From positions 1 to 5,696 of the IMG/VR virus record IMGVR_UViG_3300045988_033111: a DNA stretch of 5,696 nt; one strand, written 5' to 3'. This stretch comes from a virus. Shown here one piece after another: positions 1 to 3,865 of the stretch. The notes below the pieces were generated by a model, which saw only the letters and a program-made list of their open reading frames with translations, had not been told where the DNA came from and searched no databases. The number at the start of each line of letters is the position of its first letter. Position 1 is the stretch's first letter. The translations under genes were made by a program, and so were the position numbers.

Positions 1-55
1 AAAAAGCCATTGCGTCCCTAATCGAAAGAAACGCGGAAACAGATAAGTCATACGC
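1..55. repeat. Terminal redundancy of a circular assembly. 1..55 is identical to 5642..5696, giving a unit length of 5641 nt.
   Basis: The string aaaaagccattgcgtccctaatcgaaagaaacgcggaaacagataagtcatacgc occurs at both ends. The rep reading frame continues in phase across the junction. Confidence 0.95.
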
Positions 56-122
56 AGAGCAGCTAAAGGACAAGGAAGCATCCATGTCCAAAAAGATGAG
101 CAAAGCCAAAGGTGTATTTTGA
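1..122 (+). CDS. VP4: C-terminal end of replication initiator VP4, continuing the ORF that starts at 4744. Codons are phased at 3, 6, 9 and so on, with stop TGA at 120..122.
   Basis: Position 1 equals 5642, which is codon position 2 of the 4744 frame. Translation reads (E)KAIASLIERNAETDKSYAEQLKDKEASMSKKMSKAKGVF*. The non-redundant join 4744..5641 plus 1..122 is 1020 nt, or 339 aa. Confidence 0.9.
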   Translation, partial: KAIASLIERNAETDKSYAEQLKDKEASMSKKMSKAKGVF

Positions 123-134
123 CACTTTGGTGTC
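121..134 (+). other. Small hairpin, gacac-tttg-gtgtc, overlapping the rep stop codon.
   Basis: Perfect 5-bp inverted repeat (121..125 with 130..134) and a 4-nt loop. Confidence 0.5.
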
Positions 135-184
135 ACTCAGCCAAGTAACTATCAAGTATGTTACTTGGCTGAGTATTTTATTTC
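135..184 (+). terminator. Intrinsic-terminator-like hairpin downstream of rep.
   Basis: Perfect 15-bp stem: actcagccaagtaac (135..149) pairs with gttacttggctgagt (160..174). The loop is 10 nt (tatcaagtat), followed by ATTTTATTT at 175..183. Confidence 0.65.
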
Positions 185-190
185 ATATTG

Positions 191-231
191 ACATGCGCGC
201 GCGCGCACGTAATCGCGCACGCACGCGCATG
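191..231. repeat. Alternating purine-pyrimidine CG/CA tract that is prone to Z-DNA or hairpin formation.
   Basis: 191..211 and 214..231 alternate R-Y perfectly and include (GC)6 at 195..206. The ends catgcgcg (192..199) and cgcgcatg (224..231) are inverted repeats, and gcgcg (201..205) can pair with cgcgc (214..218). The tract is a GC-only island in AT-rich flanks. Confidence 0.8.
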
Positions 232-287
232 AGATTATCATTATTTATTATTAACTTGTTGTAGTCGTAATAGTAGGGAGTGTTGAA

Positions 288-371
288 ATGTTGAATACCA
301 TGAATTTTTATCCTTGGAACGATATTTTCTGGATTATTTTGATGTTGATACTTTTGTGGATAACTTGTTGA
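288..371 (+). CDS. Candidate 27-aa hydrophobic peptide, MLNTMNFYPWNDIFWIILMLILLWITC. It is uncertain because it overlaps the repeat array.
   Basis: ATG at 288 is preceded by GGGAG (276..280) with a 7-nt spacer. Stop TGA is at 369..371. The C-terminal 14 residues are strongly hydrophobic. It falls below the size cut-off of the ORF track. Confidence 0.25.
   Translation: MLNTMNFYPWNDIFWIILMLILLWITC
355..363 (+). promoter_or_regulatory. Perfect consensus DnaA box, TGTGGATAA (TTATCCACA on the - strand).
   Basis: Exact 9/9 match at 355..363. Near-matches are TGTGGAAAA at 448..456 (8/9) and cGTGGAAAA at 419..427 (7/9). Confidence 0.5.
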
Positions 372-392
372 ATTGTTGAAAGTGTAGCAATA

Positions 393-412
393 TGCACAAA
401 ACCATTTGTGCA
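393..412. promoter_or_regulatory. Perfect palindrome TGCACAAA-N4-TTTGTGCA, either an operator-like site or an ssDNA hairpin.
   Basis: 8-bp arms at 393..400 and 405..412 with spacer acca. It lies between the two copies of the ~50-nt repeat. Confidence 0.6.
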
Positions 413-467
413 ACTTTTCGTGGAAAACCTGTTAAAAATGTTGAAAGTGTGGAAAAATCGAATTAAA

Positions 468-538
468 GGCCGTCCGACGAGCGAAACCGGAAGGTCTCGT
501 CATGCTCTTCGCACGGCGCACCGCGCCTACCGCATGAC
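468..538 (+). other. GC-rich structured island with nested hairpins, a candidate ssDNA structural element.
   Basis: Three stems: gacgag (476..481) with ctcgtc (496..501), tcatgc (500..505) with gcatga (532..537), and inner ggcgc (515..519) with gcgcc (523..527). There is an abrupt shift to high GC between AT-rich flanks, and no ORF longer than 11 codons. Confidence 0.45.
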
Positions 539-579
539 ATTCAAGGCAAAGTACATCTAAACTTTTTTTCAAAAACCTC

Positions 580-608
580 TTGACAAATAAGCAAAGTTGT
601 GGTATAAT
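580..608 (+). promoter_or_regulatory. Consensus sigma-70/sigma-A promoter with an extended -10.
   Basis: TTGACA (580..585), a 17-nt spacer, and TATAAT (603..608) preceded by TGg (600..602), giving TGnTATAAT. An A/T-rich UP-like tract, actttttttcaaaaacc, lies at 561..577. Confidence 0.8.
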
Positions 609-634
609 CCAATTAAAGAAAGGGGATAAAGACT

Positions 635-811
635 ATGGAAACTTTAAGAGCAACGTACAAAGACCTTGACACAGAGACCTTGAGATGGATGGACTACAAA
701 TTCAAGCACTGCAACAGCGATTGCGAAAAATGCCCATGTAACGACATAAGCTACCGTTGTGAATACATCCACGCGCTAGCAAAAGACGAACTAAACAGAA
801 GAGAAAAATAA
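635..811 (+). CDS. 58-aa Cys/His-rich small protein of unknown function, possibly zinc-binding.
   Basis: ATG at 635 is preceded by AGGGGA (621..626) with an 8-nt spacer. Sequence: METLRATYKDLDTETLRWMDYKFKHCNSDCEKCPCNDISYRCEYIHALAKDELNRREK, stop TAA at 809..811. The metal-ligand pattern is HC-x3-C-x2-C-x-C-x6-C-x3-H. The ORF is framed by a consensus promoter and a terminator, and is below the ORF-track size cut-off. Confidence 0.65.
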   Translation: METLRATYKDLDTETLRWMDYKFKHCNSDCEKCPCNDISYRCEYIHALAKDELNRREK

Positions 812-817
812 TTTCAG

Positions 818-847
818 AACAGGGCTTGACAAGCCCTGTTTTTTTTG
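818..847 (+). terminator. Rho-independent terminator after the 58-aa ORF.
   Basis: 9-bp stem acagggctt (819..827) with aagccctgt (831..839) and a short loop, followed by a T run extending to 846. Confidence 0.8.
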
Positions 848-889
848 ATACAACATAAATAGTTAGACAGCGGAAAGAGCTGTTTTACA

Positions 890-1039
890 ATGCCATTTAT
901 ACAAAATAACTTAAGAAAGAAGGTGTCTGCTCTGTCTATCAAGGAAATCGACGCGCTGTTTAACAACATCCGCAAAATCTTGGCCATGCTGGACAAGATT
1001 TATCACGCAATAGAGGGTAACAACAAACCCGAGGAGTGA
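890..1039 (+). CDS. Candidate 49-aa helical protein, MPFIQNNLRKKVSALSIKEIDALFNNIRKILAMLDKIYHAIEGNNKPEE.
   Basis: ATG at 890 has a weak SD (ggaaagag, 872..879). Stop TGA is at 1037..1039, and its last codons GAGGAG form the SD of the next ORF. It shares an in-phase 15-nt repeat with the next ORF. Caveat: a promoter-like TAGACA-N16-TACAAT at 864..891 overlaps its start codon. Confidence 0.4.
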   Translation: MPFIQNNLRKKVSALSIKEIDALFNNIRKILAMLDKIYHAIEGNNKPEE

Positions 1040-1044
1040 CAAAA

Positions 1045-1266
1045 GTGAAAACATGGAACGTAAGAGACCAGACCGATACGAAACTCATGGAGGAATTGAC
1101 GCGAACCTACAAGGAAATCGACGCCGCTTACAAACTGCTACGACAGGCCGCAAAGTACGACGACGCAAAGTTTTACCTTGACATGGTCTTCAGAAAAAAA
1201 GCAAAAGCGACAGAAATTGAGGTAGAAATCCTCAGAAGGGAAATCAACCATGGGAAAGAGGAGTAA
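1045..1266 (+). CDS. 73-aa charged helical protein of unknown function. The ORF track extends it to GTG 1036.
   Basis: GTG at 1045 lies 8 nt downstream of GAGGAG (1031..1036). Sequence: KTWNVRDQTDTKLMEELTRTYKEIDAAYKLLRQAAKYDDAKFYLDMVFRKKAKATEIEVEILRREINHGKEE. The stop ends at 1266, overlapping the next gene by 17 nt. Confidence 0.6.
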   Translation: MKTWNVRDQTDTKLMEELTRTYKEIDAAYKLLRQAAKYDDAKFYLDMVFRKKAKATEIEVEILRREINHGKEE

Positions 1267-1369
1267 AGTCCGCAAATCCAAAGACGCAAAAATTTACAAC
1301 AAGACCGCACGAAAAACCAAGGCCATCAACCTTGGGAGCGGCGCAATGAGAGGGGGAATCCGCCTGTGA
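1250..1369 (+). CDS. 39-aa highly basic DNA-binding/packaging peptide, J-like and ORF8-like as in gokushoviruses.
   Basis: Sequence MGKRSKVRKSKDAKIYNKTARKTKAINLGSGAMRGGIRL has 12 K/R in 39 aa and the C-terminal MRGGIRL ending typical of small basic microvirus peptides. SD-like aaggga lies upstream, and stop TGA is at 1367..1369. It is below the ORF-track cut-off. Confidence 0.75.
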   Translation: MGKRSKVRKSKDAKIYNKTARKTKAINLGSGAMRGGIRL

Positions 1370-1464
1370 GCGCTGTATTCGCAAGCATGACTATGGCATT
1401 TCTCGCAGCGGGGTTCTACCTCGTCATTAACGCAATCAACATCATCAAAGACTGGTTCGAATAA
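1366..1464 (+). CDS. 32-aa hydrophobic single-pass membrane peptide, (M)SAVFASMTMAFLAAGFYLVINAINIIKDWFE.
   Basis: GTG at 1366 overlaps the upstream stop (GTGA) and sits 8 nt after gagaggggga (1348..1357). In-frame ATGs occur at 1387 and 1393. Stop TAA at 1462..1464 overlaps the SD of the next gene. It fills an otherwise unexplained 106-nt gap in a compact genome. Confidence 0.5.
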   Translation: MSAVFASMTMAFLAAGFYLVINAINIIKDWFE

Positions 1465-1475
1465 GGAGAAAAAAC

Positions 1476-1712
1476 ATGAACGTATACGGAATTTTCGATA
1501 GCTGTGTGATGGGCTACATCACCATCTTCACCGAACGAGAAGACAAGGTGGCGGAGCGCAATTTTAAAATTGCGCTCACCGACGAACACAACATGATGAG
1601 CAAGACGCCGAGCGACTATCGACTGGTGCGACTGGCAAAATTCGACGAGAAAACGGGCCTGTTTGAGAACGAAAAGGAGAACATTTTCGATGGCGTATCG
1701 CTCAGTAAGTAA
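1476..1712 (+). CDS. VP5: 78-aa conserved Microviridae non-structural protein (VP5/ORF5-like).
   Basis: AGGAG (1464..1468) lies 7 nt before ATG 1476. The pattern YGIFD...ERNFKIAL...PSDYRLVRLAKFDEKTG resembles the YxIFD / DYxL..G.FD..TG layout of gokushovirus ORF5-type proteins. This is recognition from memory, not a search. Confidence 0.7.
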   Translation: MNVYGIFDSCVMGYITIFTEREDKVAERNFKIALTDEHNMMSKTPSDYRLVRLAKFDEKTGLFENEKENIFDGVSLSK

Positions 1713-2184
1713 TTTCCGAGAAACTGCAACAGCAAAGCCGACCGAGGCCGGGGAAACCGTGAGGCGCACATACCTCTGGGAGCGCAACGAAAAAGGCGAA
1801 AAGGTGCTGAGACTCGACCAGACCATTGACCAACAGGCAGAAATCGACAGCTATCTCGAGGAAACCAAACTTGAAAACATCATCCGACGAGCAAGCATCG
1901 ACCCGGACATTGCAGCACGTATCAAACCGGACATCGGGGGCGGCATCCAAGACTTCACCGAGGCGCCGCAGAATCTGGCCGAACTCCAGAACATCATGAT
2001 GCGAGCAGAGCAAATCTGGGACGAGGTGCCGAAAGAAATCAAGCTCAAGTTTGACAACGACGTGGACAAATTCATCGCAAGTTTTGGAACCGTCGAATGG
2101 GCCAAAAATCTGGGCATCTACCAAGAAAACCAGGTCGAAACCAAAGCAACTGAGGCAACGGAGGCAACGGAGGCCAAAGAATGA
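1690..2184 (+). CDS. VP3: Internal scaffolding protein VP3, 164 aa from ATG 1690. The ORF track starts it at TTG 1663.
   Basis: AGGAG (1675..1679) lies 10 nt before ATG 1690. The block QDFTEAPQNLAELQNIMMRAEQIWDEVPKEIKLKFDNDVDKFIA matches the conserved gokushovirus VP3 core. Stop TGA (2182..2184) overlaps the VP1 ATG as ATGA. Confidence 0.8.
   Translation: MAYRSVSNFRETATAKPTEAGETVRRTYLWERNEKGEKVLRLDQTIDQQAEIDSYLEETKLENIIRRASIDPDIAARIKPDIGGGIQDFTEAPQNLAELQNIMMRAEQIWDEVPKEIKLKFDNDVDKFIASFGTVEWAKNLGIYQENQVETKATEATEATEAKE
2149..2175 (+). repeat. 9-nt tandem repeat x3 (ACNGAGGCN) encoding TEA-TEA-TEA at the VP3 C-terminus.
   Basis: actgaggca acggaggca acggaggcc. The last unit supplies GGAGG (2169..2173), 7 nt upstream of the VP1 ATG. 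Confidence 0.85.
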
Positions 2185-3821
2185 ACAGAAACAAAGATGC
2201 AGGATTCAACCAGGTACCGCGCCTGGACATCACGCGAAGTCGATTCAAACGGCGGCAGGACGTCAAATTAACGCTAAATGCAGGACAACTTATTCCGTTC
2301 TATGTGGATGAAGTGCTCCCGGGTGACACCTTCAGTATTGACCAAGCGGCGATTATCCGCATGACGACGCCCATTTTTCCGGTCATGGATAACTGTCACA
2401 TGGACATTTATTATTTTAACGTCCCTTGCAGAATCCTATGGAAAAACTTCAAACGATTCATGGGCGAAAACAATACGGGGCCATGGACACAGACTCAGGA
2501 GTACTACATTCCGCAGGTCAGAGTAACCGGCACCGCAGAAAAACCGGCACCTTATGAGGGCAGCATCCTTGACTACATGGGTATTCCGACCAAGGTAAGC
2601 AAGGGAGAAGATACGGCATTCACTATCAACGCGCTGCCCATGAGGGCGTATGCTATGATATGGCAGGAGTGGTTCAGAGACCAAAACGTGGATAACCCGG
2701 CCATCAACAGCGATGCAGACGCGACTATAAACTACACGGACGACGAGACCAAGGGCATGGACGCGGCAAAGCCGGATTTGGAGTACATTCTCCAGAACGC
2801 GTACACAGGCGGCAGACCTCTTCCGGTCAACAAGTACCACGACTATTTCACATCGGCTTTACCGAATCCGCAGAAAGGCCCTTCAGTACAACTTCCGCTG
2901 GAAGGAAACGCTCCAATATTCGGATATTCAGACGTCAATCGAACAGAATTAAGTACCACCGGAGTGCTGCAAAAAATCGAAAACCAAACCAGACCTTTAG
3001 GCATTGTAGGATACACACCCAACCAGACAGAAATCTACTTAGGCGCAAGAATGGACAACGTAACATCGGCAACCATCAATCAGCTGAGGCAAGCATTTCA
3101 AGTACAAAAATACTACGAACAGCTAGCACGCGGCGGCTCTCGCTACCGTGAGATGGTTTACTCGCTGTTCCACACCAAAATCAGCGATAAAACGGTACAA
3201 ATCCCGGAGTATCTGGGTGGAACACGTATCACCATCAACATGAGTCAGGTCATCCAGACCAGCGGGACAACGACGGAAAGCCCGCAGGGCAACACTGCAG
3301 CAGTAAGCGTTACGCCGTACAACGGCAGTATGTTCACCAAGAGCTTTGAAGAACACGGCTTTGTTATCGGGGTGTGCTGCATCCGGCATGACCATACCTA
3401 CCAACAGGGCTTAGAGCGTATGTGGAGCCGAAAAACCAATCTGGATTTCTATTACCCGGTCTTCGCAAATCTGGGAGAGCAAGCAATTCTCAAGAAAGAA
3501 CTGTACCTCACCGGAACAGCAACGGATGAACAGGCATTCGGCTATCAAGAAGCTTGGGCTGAATACCGGATGAAACCGAACCGCATCAGCGGCAAATTCC
3601 GCAGCAACGCGACCGGGACGCTGGACAGTTGGCACTACGGAGACAACTACACGGAAACGCCGAGCTTAAGCCAGGCATGGATGAAAGAAGGAGACTCCGA
3701 AATTCAGCGGACTCTGGCAGTGGACAACGAACCGCAGTTTATCATGGACACCATCATCGACAACACCAGCGTCAGACCGATGCCCATGTACAGCATCCCG
3801 GGACTCGTTGACCATCACTAA
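2181..3821 (+). CDS. VP1: Major capsid protein VP1 (Microviridae F-type jelly-roll capsid), 546 aa.
   Basis: Full-length ORF with hallmark gokushovirus VP1 blocks: [107 protein letters not shown] and [13 protein letters not shown]. Confidence 0.95.
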   Translation: MNRNKDAGFNQVPRLDITRSRFKRRQDVKLTLNAGQLIPFYVDEVLPGDTFSIDQAAIIRMTTPIFPVMDNCHMDIYYFNVPCRILWKNFKRFMGENNTGPWTQTQEYYIPQVRVTGTAEKPAPYEGSILDYMGIPTKVSKGEDTAFTINALPMRAYAMIWQEWFRDQNVDNPAINSDADATINYTDDETKGMDAAKPDLEYILQNAYTGGRPLPVNKYHDYFTSALPNPQKGPSVQLPLEGNAPIFGYSDVNRTELSTTGVLQKIENQTRPLGIVGYTPNQTEIYLGARMDNVTSATINQLRQAFQVQKYYEQLARGGSRYREMVYSLFHTKISDKTVQIPEYLGGTRITINMSQVIQTSGTTTESPQGNTAAVSVTPYNGSMFTKSFEEHGFVIGVCCIRHDHTYQQGLERMWSRKTNLDFYYPVFANLGEQAILKKELYLTGTATDEQAFGYQEAWAEYRMKPNRISGKFRSNATGTLDSWHYGDNYTETPSLSQAWMKEGDSEIQRTLAVDNEPQFIMDTIIDNTSVRPMPMYSIPGLVDHH

Positions 3822-3836
3822 ACAGGAAAGGGGGAA

Positions 3837-3865
3837 AGCCCGGGGCGACACCCCGGGCTATTTTT
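3837..3865 (+). terminator. GC-rich hairpin plus T tract between VP1 and VP2, a partial terminator or attenuator.
   Basis: 9-bp stem agcccgggg (3837..3845) with ccccgggct (3851..3859) and loop cgaca, then aTTTTT (3860..3865). The VP2 ATG follows immediately. Confidence 0.65.

Larger units (their letters stand above)
281..450 (+). repeat. Iteron-like array of TGTTGAA motifs arranged as three doublets, embedded in an imperfect ~50-nt direct repeat.
   Basis: Exact TGTTGAA at 281, 289, 366, 374 and 439, with variants TGTTGAT at 343 and TGTTAAA at 430. The 12-mer tgttgaaagtgt is exact at 374..385 and 439..450. Units ~349..392 and ~412..458 align (acttttGTGGAtAACtTGTTgAA..TGTTGAAAGTGT), offset by 64-65 nt. 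Confidence 0.8.

Noticed and set aside
193-264. 23-aa + strand ORF MRARARNRARTRMRLSLFIINLL starting in the CG tract.
   Set aside because: The Arg-rich composition is a direct by-product of (CG)n, and there is no SD. I treat the tract as a DNA-level feature.
183-413. 76-aa minus-strand ORF across the CG tract and repeat region.
   Set aside because: It is a low-complexity product (Arg/Ala run from the CG tract, N/Y-rich from AT-rich DNA) with no SD. Every recognisable gene is on the + strand, as expected for Microviridae.
281-450. Possibility that the short repeats are a CRISPR array or mini-array.
   Set aside because: The repeat units are 7-12 nt, the spacers are irregular and very short, and there is no leader or repeat structure of CRISPR length.
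468-538. tRNA or tRNA-like gene in the GC-rich island.
   Set aside because: No cloverleaf could be drawn: there is no acceptor-stem pairing of the ends and no T-loop GTTCRA motif.
123-560. XerC/XerD dif-like attachment site, which some gokushoviruses use for lysogeny.
   Set aside because: I looked for a 28-nt dif-like 11-6-11 element. Only loose fragments were seen (for example tgttaaaaatg at 430..440), nothing convincing by eye. A computed scan with host-specific dif models is needed before any claim.
814-996. 60-aa minus-strand ORF.
   Set aside because: It is antisense to the terminator and the small + strand ORF, with no start context, and is probably a shadow ORF.
1194-1200. A7 homopolymer inside ORF 1045..1266 as a slippery or frameshift site.
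   Set aside because: There is no downstream structure or alternative-frame ORF that would give a meaningful product.
1663-1689. TTG start at 1663 for VP3, as drawn in the ORF track.
   Set aside because: ATG 1690 has an AGGAG box 10 nt upstream, and the extra 9 codons overlap VP5 more deeply without any signal. I prefer 1690.
2051-2311. 86-aa + strand alternate-frame ORF spanning the VP3/VP1 junction (basic, Q/R/K-rich).
   Set aside because: It has no SD, and its composition looks like a frame-shifted reading of GAA/GCA-rich codons. An embedded gene (as with phiX174 E or K) cannot be excluded, but nothing supports one.
3629-3811. 60-aa + strand alternate-frame ORF inside the VP1 3' end.
   Set aside because: It has a non-ATG start, no SD and a His/Arg/Gln low-complexity product.
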